This document shows, piece after piece, positions 23,263 to 34,729 of a stretch of DNA of 45,285 nucleotides. The first letter of the stretch is position 1; each line of letters opens with the position of its first letter. The DNA lies in contig JAUCBJ010008379.1 of the NCBI GenBank assembly GCA_032718475.1, forward strand, positions 1 through 45,285, in the 5' to 3' direction. A program made the position numbers and the translations under genes. Source of the DNA: Nemertoderma westbladi. Taxonomy: Eukaryota > Animalia > Xenacoelomorpha. Under the pieces are notes generated by a model that had not been told where the DNA came from, made no database searches, and saw nothing but the letters and a program-made list of their open reading frames with translations.

Positions 23263-25447
23263 TCATGCTGATACCGTCTTGCCGAGCCCCGTTTTTGGAT
23301 CCTTGGGTGTGGGCGTTATCAATTCACGGTATCGCTTCGCAGGTGGTCCCACTGAGTGCCCCTCCTGCTTCCCTCTGGTAGCGTCCCACAAGATCATCTT
23401 CATCCCACATGGCACATGCTCCGCCAGAAAGTTCCTGAATTCCATCCTGTTCTCTGGTGACCATCTGTCTAGATATTTTTGGGTGTTAATAGCCCCTCTA
23501 TATGATGCCGCTGTCGCTACCTCCTGATATGTGAATGGTAGTCTCCTCTTAGTAATCTCCTGGTGGGCCTGCAGGTTGATGTTGAAAAAAACCCACCAGA
23601 ACTCCTGGGCCTTCATCCTTTGCCTTGTCATGACTCCGACGTTGGCCCAATCCTCGAAAATACAGAACTTCTCCTCATCGTCCATCCAGTCGCACTGGCG
23701 CTCAAAATGCCCCCTAAACTTACACTTGGAACACCTGTGGTGCAACCTTGGGCATGCGCCCATCCTATGGGTAGACTCGTGGCAATATAGACATGTCGCA
23801 CCTTTCTGGTAGCGATACAGACAATTCTTCTGCTGATGGATTAGTCTCCCACAGTAGTCGCAACCATCTATAACTGTCTCTCGCCTCAAGTCGTCCTTGG
23901 CTCCGCGTAGCCTCCTGGGTCTATGGAGCCGCTGATAGGTGAACATTTCAACCCTGTCCTCCCTACCCATGTTGACGTCCTCCTCCCCCCTCAGCATCAT
24001 TTCCCCAAACACTACTTGTGGTGCCGTCCCCAGTTGCTCGCCCAGCCGAATTATGTTCACCAGGAAGTCCGTCGCTTGCTCCCAGGCTCGCTTGCTGGGT
24101 GTGTCCCAGGAGGCTCTCGCCCCGCTGGCTGTCACCACTCTCCCGTCCACCCAGTCCGTGTCCAACCGGTCGATCCTCTCTACCAGCGGCATCTCCCCGA
24201 ACTTGTCCTCCTCTACTTCCTCTGCCACGAACGGCTCCAAACCCGGGATCCCAGTTGATCCACCATGTCCCTTCCCAGCCTGGTACTCGCCCGTAACCTT
24301 CCACTCTTCCATCGCTCTCGGTATCTTCCTTCCAAAGTCGCCCTCAGACCCCCCAGGTATCGGCATTCCCTGCAGTCCAGATGTAGACTGTATCAGTGTC
24401 TCATCCATCCAATCCACCTCATCCCCTTGCCGAAACTCGCCCGAGGTCTCCGATCCCCACCTCAACTCATCCAAGTCTTGGGCTTCAAAATCATACTCCC
24501 CTCCTCTTATATCTGCCTCTCTGCCTGCTGCCTCCCTCCTCTCTTTCCTGGCGACTTCCTCTAGCTTTCTTTCCTCCTCTCTATCCATCTCACATTTCTT
24601 CCATCACCTGTACTGGTGTGTCTACTTCTCCATCCACCAGGTGTCGGGTATCATAATACACAGACTCGTCCTGCTGTCCCGGGTGGTCTACAAGACCTTC
24701 TAGGGCTACCTTAAAGGCTCTCCTGTGGTTCAACCACGACCCATTGCCACGGCTCCGTATTGTCCCATGTTGTCCACCAATCCCAATCCATCCAATTTCA
24801 TCATAGCCATGTAGACTACCTGCATGTCCAGAAGATTTGGGGTGCCTGGTCCAATAATCCTCTCCGCGTCGTCCGTATCGCTGATGCAACCTTGATTGTA
24901 GTCTTCAACCTTACTAGCTTCTGCACCGCATTCGGTAGATGGTTCAACTTCGGCCCGCTCCTCTTACCGTAGGTCCCTAGGTCAAATAGAAAAATATCTC
25001 CGTTCGGCGCCGCTAAATGCAGCAATATAGTTCTACCCGACCCTCCTGACCCCCTCATCTGCCCTTCATCATCCTCTACAGTCCTCTCGTCATCTAGGAC
25101 CATGTATCCGCCCCTCTCCACGGAATCTACAAACCTCCTCCATTCCGTTCTAGGAGTGGTTCCCTCGTGTACTTTGGTATCCCAAAAGTACCCTCGTCCC
25201 CCTTTACAATGTAGTGAAGATGCTCGTTGATCGCATTATCCAACGACGGCATTCCATAGGTCCCGACCAGTCGTCGCTCGTGAATCTCGCTAAACTGATC
25301 TTGCAGCGGGTGCGCTTTCTGACTCTTTGGAAGTCGTTTATAGTATGCCCTCGTCTTATTCTCCAGATGTCTCAGCATGAAATCCACTAGTAATTCCTTC
25401 CCGCTCTTCTCCGACTTCCCCTTCTTCACTAGTTTCTCCACCATCAC
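23263..25447 (-). pseudogene. Accessory ORF of BEL element 1: DEDDy-like 3'-5' exonuclease domain + acidic linker + three CCHC zinc knuckles; frameshifted
   Basis: Joined frames give YMVLDDE..ILLHLAAPNGDIFLFDL..LPNAVQKLV..IKVASAI/DDAERII..NLLDMQ; the open 441-aa part has CDYCGRLIHQQKNC, CLYCHESTHRMGAC, CSKCKFRGHFERQC (each Cx2Cx4Hx4C). Confidence 0.8.
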
Positions 25448-26454
25448 GATTCTCCTCTCTCACCAGACTGGTGGTGCCTTAGAAAGGCTCAGTAGGGCAA
25501 GAGATAACTAAGTATGGTCTTAATTAGTTTAGATCAGTTATGGCCTACCTCCTATCTGCTCTTTTGCCAATGTTTTGTATAAATATTCCCCCTATGTGCC
25601 AATTTTACTCCTAATTCGTAATTTTGTCCATTACTTTTAATAGTGCTTCTAGAATTTTTTAACTCCCAGTTGCTACAATTTTTTGTTTTGTTATTATTTT
25701 ATATTCTTCAACCTATGTGCTATTATTCTACCCTCTACTCAATTATTATATAAGTAATTCATCACTACTTGTCTACAGAAAAGACTAGCTAAAATTTTCT
25801 TATTGTTGTACTACAGTAGCTTCCAACCAGACAGCTTTCTGGCTCTGTAATAATACTCTAAGTCTGTACTACGGGCTATGCGCTACAGTAGTCTAGTTCG
25901 TGCAGCCTACACAGTCTATTCTACTACGCCTACATACCCCCTTCAACTCCTCATGTGGCGCCCTCAGTGCCCACTGTAGTACGTATTACGTACTATTATT
26001 GGTCCAATTGACCCAGCATGTTTGTATTTATTACGTACGTTGGCAAATTGTGCCAATCAGAGGTACGCAATGTATACCCTCCTGATCCCCACTATGGTAC
26101 TATGTTCCCTTCTAATTCTACTGTACATATCTTATACTGATATTGGTCCCATTGACACGGCATTCTCCCGTATGTAAATTATATACATTGGTACATTCGT
26201 ACCCATCCAACGTACGTAATTATAACTACCTATACCTAAATATTATGTATGTTGATACGTCCGTACCCATCAGACATACATAATGCCTACCTAAACTAAT
26301 TATATGTACCTTGGTACACTACTACTCGACTAACTCATGTATCTTACTTTCTTCACATATTATTCTCACTTTTTATTTCTATTATTATCGTGTGGGAAGG
26401 GCGTCTCGCCCTCATTCCCAACCTCAGTCCAATTTATTGGACAACTCAACTTAA

Positions 26455-29400
26455 TTAGGGCGTTCCCTCCAATAGGCAACACTTCCCTACCACCCTCCTG
26501 TAGGTCTTCCTATCTTTTGCCCCAATCTTTCCTCCAATTCTGACCTCCATGGATCTGATCTTTCCATCCTCACTGGGGTAGCATTCGACTACCCTCGCCA
26601 ACCTACAGTGGTTATTGATAATCGTGTCATTGGTCATGATTATCAAGTCACCCTTCCTAAGCTCCCTCTGATTATTCCTCCACTTGCTTCTCTTGTGCAG
26701 CGTTGGTAGGTACTCTTGGATCCACCTTCTCCAATACTCTGCAGAGACTGCACCTATCGCCTTAGCCACCTTCCAGCTCTGACGCGAGTTTATATCGTCT
26801 GGGTTGATATTTCGCATGTCGATCGTCGATAGTCTCTCCATTAATAGATGTGCTGGTGTCAAAACGTCCAGCGATTCTGGATCATCATTCTTGGGATACA
26901 GCGGTCGGCTGTTGATAATCCCCTCACACTTCGCCAGCACTCTCCTGAATACATCCTCGGTCACCATGTGATTGTTCATGAGTTTGGTCATCAGCTGCTT
27001 GGAGCTTCCGACGAGGCGTTCTACGCAGCCCAGCTTATGTGGTGCGTATGGCATCCTCCTTTCCCATTTAATCAGGTGCTTTCTCATCACTGTCTTAATA
27101 TCTCCGCCCTCCAAGATGTCAAAGGCCTCCGCTAACTCGTTTTCTGCACCAATGAAGTTAGTCCCATTGTCGGAGTATAATATTTCGACCGTCCCTCCTC
27201 TGCGGGTCACGAATCTCTCCAAGGCATTGATGAATGCTGACGCCGTAGTGTCCTGAGCCAGTTCTATCCCCACGGCCCTCGTATTATTACAAACGAAGAT
27301 AATGCCGTAACGCTTCTCTGTGTGGCGCATCACTTTGATCTTAATCACCCCAAACATGTCCACGCCACAGTGTGTGAATGGTGCGTCGTGATGCCTCACC
27401 CTGTTAGTTGGCAGTGGAGCCATCTCCTGCACGGCCCTCTCCTTCTTCGTCCGTCAGCATGTCTGGCATTTCCCCACTACCACCTTCACCATCTTACTAA
27501 GTTGAATTACCCAATATCTCCTTCTGATCTCGGTTAAGGTTTGGTTGGTATCGCCATGTAATATGGCCTTATGGGCATCCCATATGATCTGGTGGACTAT
27601 AAGTGACTTATTAGGGATTATTATTGGTTTCTGCGGAATTAAGGCACTGGTGTTATTAACCACCCTGGAGTTCATGACCAGGATTCCATCCTCATCCAGT
27701 TGCAGTGACAGCGCGTTGATCTCGCTGTCCTGATGAAGATGTTGCTGTTTCCTAACCCGGTCTACTTTGTCTCCGTATCCCTTCCCTTGTTCGTATCGTA
27801 TCATGGCTTTAGCCGCCCCTTCCAGATCGATGGTGGGTTTTATCTTACTGGCCGTACCAGCCCTCCTAAGGAATTATCCGTAAGCCCTCAGATATGCCAC
27901 TAGCTTCTTCGTCTTATACCAACTAGAGCTGTAACTGAGCAACCTATCTGTTGGACTATCGCACGACTCTATCATCTTAGATTGTGGTGGTGCCTCCTTA
28001 ATCTCCCTCACTAACTGGCTAAATATTTCTTCCCCCTCCTTCCGATTTCTTCCCTCTACTACTACTTCCTCTCCACTTGGATCTACCTTCCTCATCAGTA
28101 GCCACTTCGACCTGTCGTTGAAGAAGTGTGGACCATGCTGCCACAACTCCTGCTTTCTCGAGAAAGCAGGAGTTGAGTACACCCCTCGATAGCAAGTCTG
28201 CCGGATTGTCGTCAGTTGGGCAGTAGTGCCACTTGTCCAAGTCCATTATTGCTCTTATCTCGTCCACTCGATTCACTACGAATATGGGATAACGCGTCTT
28301 TTCTTTATGCAACCATTCCAATACGCTTCCAGGGATGCATCGGAGAACATATGTAGTTCTAATTCACTCATGTCTCCATCCGGGAAGTACACACGTGGCA
28401 TACTGTAGGTTCCCATATCTTCTAGGCTCCCTGTGTATTTCTCCCACTATTTACTTATCTCTATCGGGACCTCCACGTCCCAATCATCTTTGATCTTGTA
28501 AACCTTCTTAAGTATTTGCTTCCCCGTGACTAATAACAGGGATGCTAATCCTAGTGGATCGTAAATCCTCGCCATGTATGACACATAGCCTCGCTTGGTA
28601 TAGATCCCGGCACACTCCTGACTCAGTTGATATTCCAACTCATCTGTCTACCGGTTCCATACGATCCCTAGTGCATTCTGCTGCGATTCCTACTCTCTTG
28701 TCCACCATAATTTGTTCCTTTACCGTCATAGGTTTATCTAATTTTACCTCCGGTTGTTTATACTCTATGGCTTCCATGAATTATTTAGAGTTTGACTGGA
28801 ACTTCGTCAAGTTGAATCCCGATATCTTCAGGATGACGCAAACTTCGGCCCCATCGCGACGATCTCCTCAATGGAGTTTCCAAAACCCATCCCATCGTCC
28901 ATGTAGAACCAGCGTCGAATCATATTGATCGCCTCTTCGCTATACTCCCCCTCTTTGCCCTCCACTGTTTCTCTTACGGCTGTGGTCATGGGGAATGAGG
29001 ACGACTTGGCTCCCATATTCTGCACCACCATCTTGTACATCAGTATATCTGACGGTTCTTCGTCACTGTTGTACCATAGGACGCGTTGACTTTCGCTATC
29101 CTCCTCAGTTACCTGCACTTGGTTAAACATGCCCTCTATATCGCATGTGAAGGTGTGATTTCCATTCCTAAACCTCAACAGAACTTATATCCCCGAGTTG
29201 TAAATATTGGGGCCTTGTAGTAGGTAATTGTTTAAGCTTTTGCCGTTTGTCTTGGCAGAGGCATTGACCACCATCCTCAGTTTGCCCTTCTTGGGGTCTA
29301 GGGCCACATGAAGTGGCAGATAGTAAGTCCTGTCGGTATCTGGTTCATCTACTGGTAGCTCCACGGCCCTCCCCCTGATCTACATACTTCTTGATGGTCT

Positions 29401-29688
29401 TATGTATGTAGTCGTTCTTCTCCGGACTCCCCCTAAGCGTTTGTTTTAATTTCCGGAGTCTCGTTCGACCATTCTCTTATTATTTGGTAGGGGCACCTTT
29501 GGCTCCTTCCATACCATTCCTATGGTATACCGCCCCCCTTCATACTTCATCGATCTCCTTACTCTCTCCTGCGCCTGCTTGTCCTCTACCGAGGTTCCTA
29601 CCCCTGTCTCATTTAATCCCTCAAAATCCTGCCATAGCAGCCTTTTGAGTTGTTCCTCCGCTCCATTGTCCTTATTCATCTCTCTCAT
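26455..29688 (-). pseudogene. BEL/Pao pol (RT, RNase H, integrase), disrupted
   Basis: RT FTCDIEGMFNQV and FYMDDG; RIYDPLG; RNase H LHMFSDAS; HYCPTDDNPADLLSRG; integrase HxxxxH..CQTC, GVDMFG, YSDNGTNFIGA, ERLVG, INSRPL, WRRWIQEYLPTL; many frameshifts. Confidence 0.96.
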
Positions 29689-30277
29689 CGTTCCTGCGAA
29701 CATGCACCCTGAGGATTCGGACACGCTAAACGGGAAGAAGGAAATGAAATGATTTATTTATATTGAGTAAAAGAAGACGCCATGGATGTTGGACATCAGC
29801 TCTACATTATAGTAAACTTTAGATACAGTAGTAAACTGGAAAACTGTATGTACTGTAATATAGCCTAAATATACGTGTATAATATATATATATAATTTAA
29901 TATTACTGTATATTGTTCTAATGTTATCGCCTATTACTGTGAATTATTTCTGAGAGGGCTTTTTTGGGGTGGGGTATAGTAAAAAAAGAGATGCTTAGTG
30001 TTTTGGGGGAAGATTAAAAATATATTATTATTGATAATTTATATTACCATATGGGTAAATAAAAACATTGAATAAACGGAAAATGCACGAAAGAGAGAAA
30101 GCTCAGTCTATGATTATTGGCGAAGAAGTTACGTGCTGTTATTGTTTTATTGTAATAATTGTTACAATTTGTCAAGGCTTTTACGGGAGGCTGACCTACA
30201 AACGCCACTAAGAGTCTTTCTGTAATTCTTATGAGTGTTATCAAGTGCCTTGTGGTACCTGCCACACAGCAGGAACA
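29689..30277 (-). repeat. Candidate 3' LTR of BEL element 2
   Basis: Inverted ends (c)gttcctgc...gcaggaaca; 589 bp, similar to LTR 1; minus-strand AATAAA near 29755; no second copy in the window and PPT not intact. Confidence 0.45.
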
Positions 30278-32476
30278 CTCACGAAAGTGTGGGGGTATAT
30301 ATATATTATCTAATATATATATCTAACTGGATGTAGAATTAATTACTGTAAGTATAAAGCCTCGGCGCTTACAAACTGCTTCAAAGGGTGTGATAGTTAT
30401 GTGTAAACCGTTCCGTTATGTTGTGTTGTTGGCTAGTAAATGTACATATGACTTATATATATTACAGGTAGGACACTATGTTGACTCAGTGCGTGGTAAG
30501 CGCACAGTTCACTCGTGTTGCTTGCATAATATTAGTAGATGATATTTACTAGTTGGGGAATAATATTGCAGTACTATGGACACACACACTCGCACTAAAT
30601 GAACCGAATCTATTACAGACAGGGCGCAATATGCACTAACCGTGTGGAAATTGAGTTGGTTTGATCTCTGGTCCTGTATATTTATTAACAAAGCAATGCA
30701 ATAATAGTAATAAACAACAAAGCAACAAGTTGCAAGTAACAAGATGTTAAATGAATGCAACAAGGTGAAATACTACGAGTCCAATAATTAACGTGACTCG
30801 TACGGCGGTAAAATTGATGTAAAGGTTACGTCTATAGGAGTAGGATGGACATCGGCTATATAAAGGCACAGTAATGCTTATAAAATAGAACAGCCAATAA
30901 GATGCAATAATGCCGGCTTCGGTAGTTACCAATGAGAATTCAGTAATACCACAACTGCTGCTAGGCAACATATAAACAGATTTATGGAGCTATTCAACAC
31001 GAGTTAGGCATAAATGCTATGCGCACTGAAATTGAATGATAATGTGTTAAAAATATAAGATTTCTGTATGCAGTTAGCCCGTGCAGCAACACCATTTCCT
31101 AAAATCACGTAGAAGTTCATAACACAATGTGTTAAATAACACAATATTGAGTTTTTTCTGAAATTTACATTGGAAAGGGTATATACAATCTTGCAACAAT
31201 CAAAGGTTACGTCGATATCAAATACTCGCTACATACAGTTGAATGTGATAAACAATCTAACTAAATTAAACAAAATTAATTAAGGGTAGGTCAACTCCCT
31301 CATATAAAACAATAAAGTTCGTTGAGTCACTTCCGGTAAGACTAAATAAGTATTAAACAACCTTTCAAACAGTATTAGAGTTGGATATATTTACAAATAT
31401 GGTAGGTCAGTAAATTAATCGACGTAAGTAGGTAAATATTGAGTAATATTATCCTTCAAATATAAAAATACATAAATTCAACCAATATATTGAGTTTCAA
31501 TCTTACGGTAAGAAATACATATCGTTCATTGTTTACAAATATAATAGTTTTACGGCGTACTTAATCGTTGGCAAATGAGTATAGGGATTTTATAAAGTTT
31601 GACAGGCTAACTAATAGTAATCTAATATTATCGCTTTCGTTTGGGGTGTTTGGGAGTATTGCGCATAAAGAGTCGTTTCCTCTTCTTTGCGGGCGTCTGG
31701 GGCGCGGGTAACGCTAGGTCGTCGCTCGAAAGCGTTTCGTCGGGACCCGGGTGTATATCTACCGCATCAGGTATTGGCAAACTCGGACGATCGGTGTACG
31801 TTCCAGTAGAGGTGCCGGGCAAGGACAGGAACTCAGCCAGTTTCGTTGCGCACGAGTCGACAACCGGTCAACGGATCTCCAGCTCCGGAGGGGCAGCTAA
31901 GCGCTTCCGCACAGCGGCCTGTACTGGTCCGGAGGGGATGGTTTGAGTAGTGATACCAAACTAGGACTGCTGGCCGAGGAAAATTCTCGGAGGCACAGCA
32001 TGGGGAACTGGTCCTTCACGATGAACGTGTTCACAGAAAACTCGATGCTGTGGGAGCAGCTCGGGATGTCTCTCCAGGAACTGGGAACCATAGAATGGGG
32101 AGTCTTTAATGAATTTTATTATATCATAGGACGTCGCGTGCTCCGGATGTATTTCACGAAGAAAGCATCGGACGAAACAGGTATTGGTGCAGGAAGCTAC
32201 ACAGTTGAGGAGCTCGTAGCTCGGTAGCCAAGCACGTCGAACATCGGTGGCGCAGGTAAGGGGGCAACTGTGTACACTCCGAGATGAGCTTTCGCTGCGG
32301 CGTTTCGGGACATAGCGATCGCGTTGAGGTCTGCGCATCCTTCCCATGACTGGATGTATCGTGTAACGCTTGGCTCGTCTTCTATTTCTATGTCATGGCC
32401 GAAGGGGCAGTTTGAACTACTGTGTCCCTTGAGCTTGTCCCCCCTCGCACTGGGTGGCAAAGACTATACATGAGAA

Positions 32477-34120
32477 TTACCAGCCGATCGCCTCAATGGT
32501 TGGAAAGCCCACTTTGAAAAGCTCCTCAATAATGACAGGGTATTGCCTGATAACTTTATAGAAGTAAAAGTGTCTGAGTCTGTACTCCCAGATATTCCCA
32601 TTGGCGATATCTCCTTTGCAGAAGTGAAGACTGCTGCAAAGAGCATTAAGACCAATCGTGCCAGTGGAGTAGATGGTGTTCCCCCTGAGGTCTTTAAAAT
32701 ACCCGAGTGTTTAAAGCTCATCTATCCCATCATAGTAGAAATGTACCGAACAACAAGAGTCCCACAAGAAATGAAAACAAATAAGTTGGTGCCTGTTCCC
32801 AAGAAGGGCAACCTAACACTCTATGGTTCTTTTCGGGGAATCTCATTGATCTCGATTGCTGCAAAGCTATACAATAGGATTCTATTAAATCGCATCAGGG
32901 ATCCCATTGAGAGACTGCTCCGTGGAAATCAGAATGGGTTCCGTAAAGGTCGTGGGACCATGGAGCCCATTTTGGCACTTAGAAGGATAATTGAAGAGTT
33001 ATCAAAAAAGAAAGACAGGCATCTGGCTGTTATCTTTGTTGACTTCTTCAAGGCCTTTGATTCAGTCTCTCGCTCACGTATGTTCAGCATACTTTCATTA
33101 TATGGGATTCCTGATGAAATTATTGCAGCAATCAGATCAGTATACGATGGTTCGACAACATTTGTGTCTACTGTTGATGGTGACACAGAACCATTTGAAG
33201 TGTTATGGGGCGTCCTCCAAGGAGACACACTTGCACCATTCTTGTTCATTATTGTGGTTGACTATGTTCTACGCATGTCCTTAGATCATTATAATGATGA
33301 TGGGGTGATGATAACTCCACCTACTGGCTCCAGAAGTCGAGGAAATCCTGCCAAGTACCTAACTTATCTAGACTTTGCTGATGACTTAGGAGTACTCTCA
33401 GAATCATTAGAGGGAGCCCAACGGCTCCTCAGCTCATTAGAACATGCTGCTTCTAGTGTTGGTCTTTTTATTAACTCCAGAAAGACCAAAATTCTGACAG
33501 TTAACTTTGAAAGTCCTCAGCAAGTCTCTGATCGGATGAGCATAAGCTCAAAGGATGGTATGCTTGAGCATGTGGACGACTTCTGTTACCTGGGATCATG
33601 GATCCGGAAGTCAGGTGAGGACCTTCGAATACGTAAGGGAAAGGCATGGGCAGCCTTGAATAGGCTTTCCAGGATTTGGAAGTCACCGAGAATTAATCGG
33701 AAACTTAAGGTCCGATTATTTAGAGCAGCAGTAGTTCCAGTACTCCTCTACGGGAGTCCATGCTGGGCTCTAACTGCTGAGGACACCAAATCTCTGGATG
33801 GCACATTCACAAGAATGCTACGCCGGGTTCATTGTGTCAAGTACAATGCACACTTCTCCAACCAGACACTATATAACATTGGAGGTGTCTCATTGGTTCC
33901 CCCAAGCTTGACACTAGAACAAAATCGCCTCCGCTTTGCAGGACATTGCTTTCGCCGTGAGGACCAGCCAGTGCATAATCTTGTACTTTGGCAGCCTCAT
34001 GGAGTGAATAAGCATGGTGGACAGCCCATGACTTTCTTGAGACGCATCTTAAAGGACACTGGCCTTAAAGATGCGGATGATCTAGCAAATGTCATGGGTG
34101 ATAGGGAGTTGTGGCGGTGA
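32477..34120 (+). CDS. RTE reverse transcriptase (5'-truncated, frame intact)
   Basis: ASGVDGVPPE, PKKGNL..FRGISL, QNGFRKGR, FVDFFKAFDSV, GVLQGDTLAPFLF, LDFADD, FCYLGS, RLRFAGHCFR; frame open from the insertion boundary. Confidence 0.93.
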   Translation, partial: LPADRLNGWKAHFEKLLNNDRVLPDNFIEVKVSESVLPDIPIGDISFAEVKTAAKSIKTNRASGVDGVPPEVFKIPECLKLIYPIIVEMYRTTRVPQEMKTNKLVPVPKKGNLTLYGSFRGISLISIAAKLYNRILLNRIRDPIERLLRGNQNGFRKGRGTMEPILALRRIIEELSKKKDRHLAVIFVDFFKAFDSVSRSRMFSILSLYGIPDEIIAAIRSVYDGSTTFVSTVDGDTEPFEVLWGVLQGDTLAPFLFIIVVDYVLRMSLDHYNDDGVMITPPTGSRSRGNPAKYLTYLDFADDLGVLSESLEGAQRLLSSLEHAASSVGLFINSRKTKILTVNFESPQQVSDRMSISSKDGMLEHVDDFCYLGSWIRKSGEDLRIRKGKAWAALNRLSRIWKSPRINRKLKVRLFRAAVVPVLLYGSPCWALTAEDTKSLDGTFTRMLRRVHCVKYNAHFSNQTLYNIGGVSLVPPSLTLEQNRLRFAGHCFRREDQPVHNLVLWQPHGVNKHGGQPMTFLRRILKDTGLKDADDLANVMGDRELWR

Positions 34121-34201
34121 AATTTTGTTGACAAGCCGGCACAGCATTCTTAAAAATGCAGCTGCAATGCAGCATGCCGATCCTAGTAGTAGTATTAGTA
34201 G
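32477..34201 (+). mobile_element. 5'-truncated RTE-clade LINE, recent insertion
   Basis: Perfect 12-bp TSD tatacatgagaa (32465-32476, 34202-34213); (TAG)n-like tail; uninterrupted RT frame. Confidence 0.96.
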
Positions 34202-34729
34202 TATACATGAGAAAAAGATATGATCATTGCTAATACGGCAGTAGGGGCAATAGAGTTTGATGTTACTATCGGCAAGACGCTCACAAAGAACTCCAGGTTG
34301 GGTGGGAGCCTTGTGCGTGCGGAGACCGCAGTGCTCGCAGTGGATATGTTTACGAAATGACGCGTAATATAAACCTCGGATGGTGAGCCGCTCAGTCCCG
34401 CGATACCAGTCTATTAAAGCGGACTCATTATCATGAGCAGATACGACAGTGGTAGCTACTGAGGTCGCTTCTAAATGGATTGGCTCTTCCGTTTGTTCCG
34501 GGGCGTCCACAATATCAGTCTGCATTTGCCCAACAAAGAAGCCAGGTTTGATGATGGGTCTCTCGATCACCGATGGGTGTAGGTTTGAAACGCACACATT
34601 CCGGAATATGGCAAAGCCACCGCTGGCTAGCTCATCCATGGCGGAACGACGTAACTCTCATTGAGACAACAACTTTACGCGGAACTGACTGTCAATGTTA
34701 GCGAAAGGGGTCAGGAAACGTCGAAAGCA

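Larger units (their letters stand above)
21890..29688 (-). mobile_element. BEL/Pao LTR retrotransposon 1 (3' part: pol, accessory ORF, PPT, 3' LTR)
   Basis: RT-RNaseH-IN order on the minus strand, then ~4 kb with an extra ORF, PPT and LTR; gag and 5' LTR are not contiguous. Confidence 0.92.

Noticed and set aside
23263-24588. Zinc-knuckle ORF read as gag, env or a host gene
   Set aside because: It lies 3' of integrase inside the PPT/LTR boundary, lacks BEL gag finger spacing (compare 34730-35380), and has no signal peptide or TM anchor
23939-24703. 254-aa Ser-rich plus-strand ORF and neighbouring antisense ORFs
   Set aside because: Shadow frames of the purine-rich minus-strand accessory ORF; no motifs
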